NCBI GenBank assembly: GCA_024679065.1
Contig: JAGIQG010000009.1
Span: 91,698,001-91,762,000 of the forward strand
Origin: Sphyrna mokarran
Lineage: Eukaryota
DNA length: 64,000 nt
Direction: 5' to 3'
Under the pieces are notes generated by a model. The model ran no database searches and was not told the DNA's origin. It was given only the letters and a program-made list of their open reading frames with translations. Position 1 is the stretch's first letter. The number at the start of each line of letters is the position of its first letter. Shown here in pieces: positions 49,749-61,657 of this stretch. The position numbers were made by a program, and so were the translations under genes.

Positions 49749-51655
49749 CCTAGATTAGCTAGGAAGGAGGTAAAAAGTGAATTGAGGAGAGCTAAGAGGG
49801 GACACGAGAAGATGTTGGCTGATAGGATTAAGGAGAATCCTAAAGCTTTCTTTCGATATGTTAAGAATAGAAGATTGGTTAGGGCAAGATTAGGACCAGT
49901 CATAGATAGCAGTGGGAAGTTGTGCGTGGAGCCTGAAGAGATTGGCGAGGCACTGAATAAATATTTCTCTTCGGTATTCACGCAGAGTGCTGGAAATGTA
50001 GCTTTGGAGAACACTGAGGTACAGGGTTGCAAATTGGGAAGTATTGTAGTAGATAGGGAGGATGTGTTAGAAATTCTCAAAGGTTTGAAGTTGGATAAGT
50101 CCCCTGGGCCGGACGGGATTTACCCTAGGATTCTCTGGGAGGCAAGAGAGGAGATTGCAGAGCCTCTGGCTCTGATCTTCAGGTCCTCGTTGGTTACGGG
50201 TGTGGTTCCGGAGGACTGGAGGATGGCGAATGTGGTCCCATTGTTTAAGAAGGGGAAGAGAGACCTTCATGGGAATTATAGGCCAGTGAGTCTTACTTCT
50301 GTGGTGGGCAAGGTATTGGAGAGAATTATTAGGGATAGGATTTATAGTTATTAAGAGAGAAATGAATTGATTGGGGATAGTCAGCATGGTTTCGTGAAGG
50401 GTAGGTCATGCCTTACTAACCTCATTGAGTTTTTGAGAAAGTGACCAGAGAGGTGGATGGGGGTAAGGCGGTTGATGTAGTATATATGGACTTTAGTAAG
50501 GCTTTTGATAAGGTGGCCCATGGAAGACTTCTACAGAAAATGCAGATGTGTGAATAGAGGGTGATTTAGCTAATTGGATTAGAAATTGGCTGGCAGATAG
50601 AAGACAGAGGGTGGTGGTTGATGGGAGATTTTCATCGTGGAGTTCGGTGACGAGTGGTGTGCCTCAGGGGTCTGTTTGGGGGCCCCTGCTGTTTGTAATT
50701 TTTATAAATGATCTGGATGAGGGTATTGAGGGATGGATCAGTAAATTTGCAGATGACACTAAAGTTGGTGGAGTGGTAGATAGTGAAGAGGGGTGTTATA
50801 GTTTACAGAGGACTTGGACAAGTTGCAGAGCTGGGCCGAGAGGTGGCAAATGGAGTTTAATGTGGAAAAGTGTGAGGTAATGCACTTTGGCAGGAACAAT
50901 AAATGTGTAGAGTATAGGGCTAATGGTAGGGCTCTTAATAGTGTTGAGGAACAGAAGGATCTTGGTGGATGTGTCAATAGATCCCTGAAAGTAGGCAGTC
51001 AAGTGGATAAAGTTGTTAAGAAGGCATATGGAGTCTTAGCTTTTATTGGTAGGGGATTGAATTTAGGAGCCGCAGCATCATGTTGCAACTGTACAAAACT
51101 CTAGTGCGGCCGCACTTGGAGTATTGTGTGCAGTTCTGGTCGCCACATTATAAGAAAGATGTGGAGGCATTGGAGAGGGTACAGAGGAGGTGTACTAGGA
51201 TGTTGCCTGGTATGGAGGGCAGGTCCTATGAAGAGAGGTTGAAGGATTTGAGGTTGTTTTCGTTAGAAAAGAGGCGGCTAAGGGGGGGTCTTATTGAAAC
51301 ATATAAGATAATTAGAGGTTTGGATAGGGTGGACAGTGATAGCCTTTTTCCTAGGATGGAAAAAGCTAGCACGAGGGGACACAACTTTAAATTAAGGGGT
51401 ATGAGTTATAGGACGGATATCAGAGGTAGGTTCGTTACTCAAAGAGTGATTAGGGAGGGGAATGCCCTGCCTGCAGCTGTTGTAGATGCGCCAAGTTTGG
51501 TGGCGTTTAAGAGGTTAGTTGATAAGTATATGGATGAGAAGGGAATGGTTTAGTTAGGAGGGGCATTGCTTTTTATTTTGGTCGGCACAACATCGAAGGC
51601 CGAAGGGCCTGTTCTGTGCTGTATTGTTCTATGTTCTATGTTCTATGTTCTATGT
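49749..51655 (+). mobile_element. Young 5'-truncated CR1 LINE with several frameshifts
   Basis: Same subfamily as 27310-28981; (ttctatg)n tail. Confidence 0.96.
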
Positions 51656-52065
51656 TAAACAGTGAGCCAGGTTTACAGAGAGTGTGTAAAAGTGAACACA
51701 CTCGTGTTAGAGAGTGACCCAGGTTCACAGGGAGTGTAATAGTGAACACATTCATGTTAGAAAGTTACCCAGATTCACAGAGAGTGTGAAATAGTGAACA
51801 TATTCATATTAGAGAGTGACCGAGCTTTACAGGGGATGTGTAATAGTGATCACAGTCATAATACAGATTTACTCAGGTTCACAGAGGCTGCAGCAGTGAA
51901 CACAGTCACAGTTAAAGAGTGACCCAGGTTCACCAGGGGTGTGTAATAGTGAACATATTCATGTTAGAGAGTGATCCAGGTTTGTAGAGAGTATGTGGTA
52001 GTGAATATACTCATGTTGATGAGTGACCCAGATTCACAGGGAATGTATAATAGTGAACACTCATA

Positions 52066-53333
52066 GAATATAGATGGAATTTAATCCTGATAAATGTGAG
52101 GAGATGCGTTTCGGGAGAAAGAATGTAGTGGGGAGGTATATGATAAAGGGTAGACCTATTAAGAGTATAGAAACGCAGAGGGACCTGGGGGTGCAGGTGA
52201 ACAAGTCTCTGAAGGTGGCAGAGCAAGTGGAGAAGGTTGTGAAGAAAGCATATAGTATGCTAGCCTTTATAGGAAGGGGTATAGAGTACAAGAGCTGGCC
52301 TTTAATGTTGCAGTTGTATAAAACGTTGGTTAGACCTCATTTGGAATACTGCGTCCAGTTCTGGTCGCCTTACTACCGGAAGGACGTGGAGACTCTGAAG
52401 AGAGTGCAGAGGAGGTTTACCAGGATGCTACCTGGTATGGAAGGTCTGAGTTACGAGGAGAGGTTAGGCAAATTGGGACTGTTTTCCTTAGAAAGACGTA
52501 GACTTAGAGGAGATCTAATAGAGGTGTACAAGATTATGAGGGGTATAGATAGAGTAAACAGGGTTAAGCTTTTTCCTAGGATGGACTCGAATAGCACGAG
52601 GGGTCACGGGCTTAGGGTGAGGGGGGTAAGGTATAATTTGGATGCTAGAGGGAGTTTTTTCACACAGAGGGTGGTGGGGGTATGGAATGCGCTGCCAAGT
52701 AAAGTGGTGGAGGCAGGTACTCTGGAGTTATTTAAGAAATACTTAGATGGGCACATGAACAGAATGGGAATGGAGGGGTATAGAAAACTGATTTAAAATA
52801 GGGATCATGAGCCTTGGGAGTCCCTGGGAAGTGTGTAAATAGATGATGATATTGATGTACTTGTTTTTATCCTACAGGTGCTTTGGTCCACCTTGTTGTC
52901 TAACAAGGGGCATACACGCGATGGGTCGTGAGAGGGCTGCTCTTGGATTTTTTTCGAGAGTATCCTAGTGCTTCACGTCGTTAGTGTACACTTGACCTGG
53001 ACCATTTGATGGGCAACACGACAGCTCAGTGACTATCGCTGTGCTGTGCAGATACATGGATTTGGGCCTGTGTCTGTGGGAGTTTGCGCATTCTCCCCGT
53101 GCTTGCGTGGGTTTTCTCCGGGTGCTCCGGTTTCCTCCCACATCCCAAAGATGTGCTCTTAGGCTAATTGGCAAAACAAATTCTCCCTAAATTGTCTCAA
53201 CTTTGGTTTTTAATCCATAGATCTATAAACATGGACAGGGATTGCGGGTAGAGGTGGGAACATCGGGGTGGCGGCGCAGGCTTGTTGGGCCGAAGGGCCT
53301 GTTTCCCGTGCTGTTTTGTTCTTTGTTCTTTGT
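52066..53333 (+). mobile_element. CR1 LINE 3' part (ORF 52074-52796) with long 3' UTR
   Basis: RPHLEYCVQFWSP; ggccgaagggcc hairpin and (tttgttc)n tail. Confidence 0.9.
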
Positions 53334-54700
53334 TAGTATAGCACAGAAGCCCTTTCAGCCCTCAATGTTGTGCTGAGACGTCCAAACCCAAGATCAAGCT
53401 ATCTCATTCCCTGTAACTCTGGTGTGTTCCACGTGCCTATCCAATAACTGCTTGAAAGTTCCTAAAGTGTCCAACTCCACTATCTAGTGGACTAGTGGGC
53501 AGTCCATTCCACATACCAACCACTCTCTGAGTGAAGAATCTGCCTTAGACATCCTTCCTATATCTCCTACCATGAATCTTATAGTTATACCCCCTAGTAA
53601 CAGCTACATCCACCTAAGGAAATAGTCTCTGCACATCCACTCTGTCTATACCCCTCATCATCTTATAAACCTTTCATCCTCCTCTGCTGTAAACAGAAAA
53701 GCCCCAGCTCCAAACTTTTCTTCATAAGACCCTACCTCCTAACCAGGCAATGTCCTGGTAAATATCATCTGCACTCTCTCCAAAGTGCTCTCCCACAAAC
53801 AAATCTAGTACTTAGCCCAGTTCATTAACCAGTCCCAAGTTCAATGTGGCCCTATCTCTTGTCGGCTTATCCAAATATTACATCAGGAAACTCTCCCACA
53901 CACACTGTACAAAAAGTGTCCCATCCAAACTATTCAATCTATAAAGTTCCAAAAAATATTTGGAAAATTAAAGTCACCCATGATAACTAGCCTGTGACTT
54001 CCACACCTATCCATAATCTGCTTTGCCATTTCCTTCTCCGCATCTCTATTATGATTTGGGGGCCTATAGAAAACTCCTAACAACGTGATCAATCCTTTCC
54101 TATTTCTAACTTCAGCCCATATTACCTCAGTAGGCACACCGCCCTCGAAATGCCTTTCAGCAGCTGTTAAACAATCCTTCATTAACAATGCTACCCCTCC
54201 ACCTCTTTTACTGCCTTTCCTACTCTTACTGAAACACCTATATCCCGGAACTGCCAACAACCACTCCTGTCCCTGTTCTAACCATGTCTCTGTAATGGCC
54301 ACAACATCATAGTCCCAAGTACCAATCCATGCTCCAAGTTCACCTACCTTATTCCTGATGCTCCTAATACACTTCAATCCACCATCCTGTCTGCCTGTAC
54401 ACTCCTGCGACCTTGATACTTTCCTCAGTACCTTGGGACCCTCAAAACTGGTTTTTGGACTACATCTCATTTTCTCATTCCCTTGACCAATTAGTTTAAA
54501 CCCTCCCAAAGAGCTGATGCAAATTTCCCTTCCAGGATATTAGTGCCCCTCTGGTTTAGGTGCAAATGGCCCTGTTTGTACAGATCCCACCTTGCCCAGA
54601 ATGTGCTCCAATTATCCAAGTAAATGAAACCTTCTCTCCTACAGCATCCCTGTAGCGACATGTTAATCTGCACTCTCTCCCTGTTCCTCAACTCACTAGC
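53334..54700 (-). mobile_element. Internally deleted CR1 LINE (endonuclease joined to 3' end)
   Basis: YDVVAITETWL..GGGVALL..YRPPN..MGDFNFP APE domain (ORF 53934-54509). Confidence 0.88.
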
Positions 54701-56059
54701 ACCTCATGTTAGAGAGTGACTCAGATTCACAGAGACTATGTAACAGTGAACATACTCATGTCAAGAATGATCCAGGTTCATAGGGAGCGTGTATTGTAAA
54801 CACGTGTGTGTTAGAGAGTAATCTAGGTTAACAGGGAGTGTGCACTAGTGAAACACGCTTGTGTTAGAGAGTGACTCAGGTTCACAGAGCGTGTAATAAT
54901 GAACATACCCTTGTGAAAGAGTGACCCAGGTTCATAGGGAATGTGTAACAGTGAACACACTCGTGTTAGAGAATGATCCAGGTTCACATGGAGTGTGTAA
55001 TAGCAAAGATACTCATGTTAGAGAGTGAGCTAGTTTCAAAGAGAGTGTGTATAGTGAACTCATCCATATTAGAGAGTTATCCAGGTTAAGAGCGGGTTTG
55101 TAATCGTGAACATACTCGGTGTTAGAGATTTGCTCAGTTTCACAAAGTGCGTTATAGAGAACACATTCATGTTAGAGTTATCCAAGTTCACAGACAATGT
55201 ATAATAGTGAACAAACTCATGTGAGAGAGTGACCCACATTGACAAGAATGTGTCATAGTGAACACACTCCCCTTAGAGCAGTGACCCACGTTCAAGACAG
55301 TGTGTAATAGTGAGCACACCCATGTTAGAGAGTGACCCATGTACACAGGAATGTATAATAGTGAACACACTCCTCTCAGAGCAGTGACCCAGGCTCAAGA
55401 CAGTGTGTAATAGCGAATACACTCGTGTTAAAGAGTTATCCAGGTTCACTGGGGTGTGTGTGTAATAGTGAAAACATCCATGTCAGAGAGTTACCCAGGT
55501 TCACAATGTGTGTGTAACAGTGAACACATTTGTGTTAGAGATTTACCCAAGGAGTGTGTAATAGAGAACATACACAGTTAGAGATTTACCCAGGTTCACA
55601 GGACTGTGTAATAGTGAGCATACACATGTTAAGGAGTGACCCAGGTTCACAGAGTGTGCAATAGTGAACACACTCATATTGGAGTTACCCAGCTCAAGGG
55701 AATGTGTGTAATAGTGAACATACTCTTGTTAGAAAGTGAACCAGATTTCGAGGGAATGTGTAATAATGAACATACTCAGGTTAGAGAATGATCCAGGTTC
55801 ACTGAGTGTGTAATAGTGAATACACTCATGTTAGAGCTTTATTCAGTTTCACAGAGGCTAAATAGTGAACGCACTCTAGTTAGACAGTGACCCAGATTTG
55901 CAGAGTGTGTAATAGTGAATATACTCACGTTAGAGCTTTACTCAGGTTCCCAGGGAGTGTGTAATAGTGAAGACACTCATGCTAGAGTGAGTGGATAGCC
56001 TGCAGCCTCTTGTTTTTGAAAGGTTGGTGTTGATTACTGTTTTTCTGGCCTACCTTTAG

Positions 56060-56335
56060 CTCTGAACTTCCTGCAGTATACCTCAGGCTGTGAGTTGAGG
56101 GATGATGGGACTGTGAGCGGAGTTCGTCAATATGCCTTCAATGGACGTGAGTTCATCAGCTTTGACCTGGAGCACGCCATCTGGGTTGCAGCCTCACGTT
56201 TTGCCCAGTCCACACAGAATACGTGGAACCAGAACAAGGCTGACAACACATACAAGAAACAGTACACCAAGAAGATCTGTGTCGATTGGCTAAAAACCTA
56301 CCTGAAATATGGAAATGGGGCCCTTAGTTACAAAG
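56060..56335 (+). CDS. Gene D alpha2 exon
   Basis: cctttag|CTCTGAAC...AAAG|gtatgt, 276 nt; LQYTSGCEL..YAFNGREFI..W..QYTKKICVDWLKTYL with both cysteines. Confidence 0.97.
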
Positions 56336-56479
56336 GTATGTCTGAATTTCCATCCTGACTCACTCACAGCATCCATTAAAGCCGAGAGGGTCACACACCC
56401 AAATATTCACCCGTTGGCAAACACATTACACCCATCCAGTTACAGTGCAAACATCTCCTGACCAGGAGAATTCCCACTG

Positions 56480-57140
56480 TCATGGCACAGAGCTGGCACA
56501 CAGTAGAGTACACATGGCATAGAGCAGGCACACAGGGCACAGAATGGATACACACCAGAGTACATGGCACAGAGCAGGCACACAACAGAATACACAGGGC
56601 ACAGAATGGGCACAGCAGGGTACACAGGGCACAGAGCTGGCACACAGCAGAGTATACATGGCGCAGAGCAGGCACACAGCAGAGTACACATGGTGCAGAG
56701 CTGGCACACAGCAGGGTACATAGGGCACAGAATAGACACAGCACAGTACACAGGGCGCAGAATGGACACAGCAGAGTACACAGCACAGAGCAGGCACACA
56801 GCAGAATACACATGGTACAGAGCAGACAGACAGCAGAGTACACAGGGCACAGAATGGGCACACAGCAGGGTACACAGCACAGAATGGGCACACAGCAGAG
56901 TACACAGGGCACAAAGCAGGCATACAGCAGAATACACAGCACAGAATGAGCACATAGCAGAGTACACAGGGCATGGGGACAAAGACAACACACAGCACAG
57001 TACACAGGGCATGGAGGACACAGCAAGCAGTGAAATAGGGCAGGGCACAGACTTTACAGGGCATGGGGCACACTGCAGAGTCACACAGGGCACAATGTGG
57101 GCACAAAATACAGGGTGCATATCATAGGTTATAGAACACA
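56480..57140. repeat. CA-rich ~32-bp degenerate minisatellite in gene D intron 3
   Basis: Repeated cacagagcaggcacacagcagagtacacaggg-like units. Confidence 0.9.
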
Positions 57141-57638
57141 GCACCTGGTTAAGAGCGAGGGCAGGTGGAAGGGGATATGGCAGGAGGAGGAGGAGGGTAC
57201 AGGGCAGAATGTGCTATGTTATCCCAGGGCATTCAGCAACCTGCACCCTCTACTGACTGCACAAAGACAGACTGATTCATGGACACAGCTCCAGTGGCAG
57301 GGTGTCCCAATCCTCACACTCATCATCCAGACACAACCCCCACCCTGGCCTGAATTTACGTGACTCTCATCACTTCACTCTCCTCCTGCTCACCCCCTTC
57401 CTCTAACATGCACACCTCCCCATACATTGGGGCATACATGCACAAAAGCAATAAGGAGTGCCCTCTGTGGAGGCTGAGCACAGTGATAATGATTCACTGG
57501 GTGTCCAGAGCAGTGGGTGAAGCTTTGACATGGCGCAATTCTTTTCATTCCACTGTCCTCCTCAATACCCCTTTCCCTCTGTGACTACCTCAACCCAACA
57601 GATCCAGTACAGTGTGTGGTCTCCCTCTGTCTTCTCAG

Positions 57639-57914
57639 TTCTCCCAGAGGTGCACGTCTATCACACAAAGACCTTGGATGGCCAGAATCTCAATGTCTAC
57701 TGTCATGTCACTGGCTTTCATCCACGGGCCATCAATGTGAACTGGTATAGAGATGGAGAGCCCCTGGACAGGCCCCATAGCACTGGCATTCTACCCAACC
57801 ATGATGGTACCCATCAGATAAGGATACACTTCCAGACCAAAGTTGGAGATCGCCGTAGTCACGTGTGCCACGTCCAACACAGCAGCCTGTCTGAGATATT
57901 GGAGAGACCCTGGG
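57639..57914 (+). CDS. Gene D alpha3 (Ig C1) exon
   Basis: cttctcag|TTCTCCCA...TGGG|gtaagg, 276 nt; VYCHVTGFHP..W..HVCHVQHSSL. Confidence 0.96.
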
Positions 57915-58191
57915 GTAAGGAATGGGAATGAACTGGGATAAAGCTCCAGGAAGGAGGGATGTATGCAGGGGCGAGGGGCAAGAAAAGTCTTTCAAAAAGA
58001 ATGGAAGTATCTTGAGAGGATGCATGAGAGCCATGAGAGAGGGATGAGCAGTGGGAATAATCAGGGAACAGAATGGGAATGATGCTGAATAAGGAATGGA
58101 TGGGGAGCCGGGATGGTTGGTTTGGGGAGTGAGTGGGGAATTTGATAGGTACAAGGAATGTGGATCACCTGCAATAGGGAAAGGAAAACAT

Positions 58192-58485
58192 GGGTGGTTC
58201 CGGCTCGGGGTCGGGGTGGTCTCAGGTTGGGTTCTGGTGGTTCCGGCTCGGGGTCGGGGTCGGGGTGGTCTCAGGTTGGGTTCTGGTGGTTCCGGCTCGG
58301 GGTCGCGGCGGTTCCGGCTTGGGGTCGGGGTGGTTCTGGCTCGGGGTCGGGGTGGTCTCGGGTTGGGTTTCAGTGGTTCCAGGTCGGGGTGGTTTCGGCT
58401 AGGGGTCGGAGTAGTTCTGGCTCGGGGTCGGGGTGGTCTCGGGTTGGGTTCCAGTGGTTCCAGGTCGGGGTGGTTCTGGTTCGGG
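58192..58485. repeat. G-rich tandem repeat (ggttccggctcggggtcggggtggtctcaggttgggttctggt)
   Basis: Direct reading. Confidence 0.9.
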
Positions 58486-58529
58486 AATCTGGGCATTGGG
58501 AGCTGAGCCTAACTGTATTATTTATTCAG

Positions 58530-58667
58530 TTCAGAGTGATAATACCGGTCTGATTGTTGGCGTGGTGGTGCCGGTGATCCTGCTCGTGGGCGTTGTTGGT
58601 GTTTTTGTCTTTTATCGGAAACAGGCAGAGAAAATGCGGAAGAGTTTCAGCTGCTGTGATTTTGGTG
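58530..58667 (+). CDS. Gene D transmembrane exon
   Basis: ttattcag|TTCAGAGT...GGTG|gtaagg, 138 nt; VQSDNTGLIVGVVVPVILLVGVVGVFVFYRKQAEKMRKSFSCCDFG. Confidence 0.92.
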
Positions 58668-59419
58668 GTAAGGTTATATTCATACAAACATAGCAACACA
58701 GGCAAGAGTAGGCCATTCAGCCCTCCAAACTGGTCCATCATTCATTTTCATCAAATTTAATATCCCAATTCTCTCTTGATCCATATCCTTTGATTACTTT
58801 TGCCCCAATTGGCTATATCTAATTTATTGTATTAGCTATATCTAATTTATTATGTTAGCTATATCTAATTAATTCTTGAAATCCGATAACGTTTTGGCCT
58901 TAACTACTTCCTGTCTTAGTGAATTCCATACGTTCACCACCCTCTGGGTGAAGAAATTTTTCCTCACCTCAGTCCTAAAAGGTTTATCTCTTACCCTCAA
59001 ACGATGAGCCCTGGTTCTGGACACTCCCACCATCAAGAACATTCTTTCTGAAGCTACGGTTAGAATTTGATAAGTTTACATTTGGTTTACTCATTATCCC
59101 CCGATGTCCTCTCTCGAAAAGCTACAGAGCGTGCCATTATTAAAATCAGTGTCTGTATCGCTTCTGTGGTGAACTCGGGGATGTAATAAAACACAGCGCA
59201 CACAGCAGCATCCCACCAAAAGCAGTCAACAAGTGAGGTAATAAACTGTCACCGTCCAGATGGCTGAGACATGAACATTATCCACAATAAACAGCAACAT
59301 TATCCTCCCCTTACTTGCAGGAGCAATAGCAGCAATACTAGCCTTCCCTTACTTGCCCATTCATCCAACAAGACAAACTGTCTATGGAGTTACTAAAACA
59401 CAGCATCTCTTGTCATTGC

Positions 59420-59540
59420 AACACTCCCTCAGCACCGACCCTCTGACAGCGCGGCGCCCCCTCAGCACCGACCCTCTGACAGCGCGGCGCCCCCTCAGCA
59501 CCGACCCTCTGACAGCGCGGCGCCCCCTCAGCACCGACCC
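59420..59540. repeat. 33-bp tandem repeat (ccctcagcaccgaccctctgacagcgcggcgcc)
   Basis: ~3.5 copies. Confidence 0.9.
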
Positions 59541-59719
59541 TTTTGTTTCCATTATTTCCCCAGTTGTAACTGGAGACTGACAGTCATAATTCCTGAGATT
59601 TTACACCCAGCTATTAATCTGACTGTACACAGATGATAAAATATTTTGGAAACTTCTCAGTGAATAATATATTCCCAACGATTTATCAGTGACTGAAGCT
59701 TTGTGTATTTACTTTTCAG

Positions 59720-59746
59720 GTTCTGTGAGTGATGTCTCCACAGGAA
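59720..59746 (+). CDS. Gene D cytoplasmic exon
   Basis: acttttcag|GTTCTGTGAGTGATGTCTCCACAGGAA|gtaagt, 27 nt; GSVSDVSTG resembles the class I GSDVS motif. Confidence 0.8.
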
Positions 59747-60039
59747 GTAAGTAAATTGGGAATACTTGGATACATGGACTAAATGTTTGCGCAGAATATT
59801 CCAGAATTGATGGCCTGCTGAGAATGATCAGGGAGTCAACCATAATGATGTAGTGCATGTTCCATGACACTGTCAGGTCCAGGGGCAGGAGGAGTGAGTG
59901 AGGAAAGGAGTGGAGGAGAGGAGAGGAGGGAAGGGGGATCAAGTGAGGGTATTGGGGAGTGTCAGTGGGAGAGAAGATGAGGGTGGCTGAGAGGTGATAA
60001 GGTGGAGGGGAGGGAAATGTGGTTAAGTGCATGGAAAGT

Positions 60040-60375
60040 GGGGGTGGCACAGTGGTTAGCACTGCTGCCTCACAGCACCAGGGATCTGGGTTCGATTCCC
60101 GACTTGGGTCACTGTCTGTGTAGAGTTTGCACTTTCTCCCTGTGTCTGCATGGGTTTCCTTCAGGTGATTTGGTTTCCTCCCACTAAGATGTGCAAGTTG
60201 GGTGGATTGGCCATGCTAAATTGTCCCAAGATGTGTAGGTTAGCTAGATTAGCCAAAGTAAATATGTGGGGTTATGGGATAGGGCAGTGGGGTGGGCCTG
60301 GATAAATTATTCTAAAAAAGACCTGGCACAGACCCAATGGACCGAATGGCCTCCTTCTGCACTGTAGAGATTTAT
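60040..60375 (+). mobile_element. HE1/V-SINE-type SINE
   Basis: gtggcacagtggttagcactgctgcctcacagc..ggttcgattcc; V-domain core. Confidence 0.85.
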
Positions 60376-60809
60376 GAGCCGGAATGGTAGATCGGAGCTG
60401 TGGGGGCATTTGAGAAATGGGAGGAATGTGACAGTCTTTGAGGGGATTTGGCTGATGGACAGTAAGAGGGAATGGGGTCACTGGAGAATGGAGCTGTTGC
60501 TTCATGTTTACCGATAGCAATGAGGTTAGCACTGGATCCAGCACTGAGAGAGTCCCTCTCCTCCCTGCTCAGTGAATAGTCCCTTTCTCCTGGAATCTCT
60601 GCAATAATGGAAGGAGAGACAGTGAATGTGGGTTTCTGTGAGTGGCTCACAGTTTAAGGTGTTAGAATTCCAGATTGCTCATTGTTGAGTTGGGTGGGCA
60701 GAGCCATAGGGGAGGTGGGTGGAGGGATGAGTGATGGGACAAAGGGCAGCTGTAGCGGGACCACCATTCTCAAATCCACTCCCTCAATCAGGGCAACCTC
60801 ACACCAGGA

Positions 60810-61568
60810 TCACATGGCACTGTCATATGATGTGGTGCAGGTTACGCGACACTATAAGTCACGTGCCAGGATGCAGATCACAAAATGGCACAATGTTGGT
60901 CACAATGACATGGTAATGGTAACATGCCACAGTGCGGGTCACAGTGGCTCGGTGCAGGTCACATGATGCAGTGCAGGTCACAGTGGCTCGGTGCGGGTCA
61001 CATGATGCAGTGCGGGTCACTGGCTCGGTGCTGGTCACATGACACCATGTTGGTCACAGTGGCTTAATGCTGGCCATATGATGCAGTATGGGTCATGGGG
61101 CTCGGTGCTGATCACATGACGCAGTGCAGGTCACAGTAGCTCGAAGCTGGTCACATGTCACAATGCAGGGCACACAATATGGTGCTGGTCACATGACACG
61201 GTGCAGGTCACAGTGGCTCAGTGCTGGTCACATGATACAATGCGGTTACAGGCTCAGTGCAGATCACATGACGCAATGCAGGTCATAATAGCTTCCTGCA
61301 GGTCACATGATGCAGCGCTGGTCATGTGACACGATGCAGGTCACAATGAAGCAGTACGGGTCACTTTGGCTCAGTGCTGGTCACATGACGCAGTACAAGT
61401 CAGAGATCTCAATGCTGATCACATGACACTGGGGATCAGAGGGCTTGGTGCTAGTCACATGACACAGTGTGGTTCACAGGGCTCAGTGCTGGTCACATGA
61501 CACAGTGCACGTCAGAGGGCTCAGTTCTGGTCACATGACTCAGGGCGGGTCATAGGGCTCAGTGCTGA
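60810..61568. repeat. ~39-41-bp minisatellite containing GGTCACATGAC
   Basis: Repeated gctcagtgctggtcacatgacgcagtgcaggtcacagtg-like units. Confidence 0.9.
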
Positions 61569-61657
61569 TCCAACGTGCTGGGTTGATTCAGATGAAGTTG
61601 GCCTTCTATAAATGATGCTCTGTTTTTGCTGACAGCTTGTCTTTTCCTGTTTCTTAG

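Larger units (their letters stand above)
49630..55990. repeat. ~52-bp satellite (gttagagagtgacccaggttcacagggagtgtgtaatagtgaacacactcat) filling gene D intron 2, split by LINEs
   Basis: Blocks at ~49636-49748, 51656-52063 and 54703-55990. Confidence 0.9.

Noticed and set aside
56391-57144. Cys-rich keratin-associated or metallothionein-like ORFs
   Set aside because: Translations of a CA/TG-rich intronic repeat in all frames
57732-58553. Pro-rich and Gly-rich ORFs
   Set aside because: Derived from the G-rich tandem repeat and the antisense of alpha3
59321-59420. Possible extra gene D exon after ttacttgcag
   Set aside because: No convincing donor site; runs into a SINE-derived repeat
60040-60110. 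tRNA gene
   Set aside because: tRNA-derived SINE head followed by a V-domain and LINE-like tail
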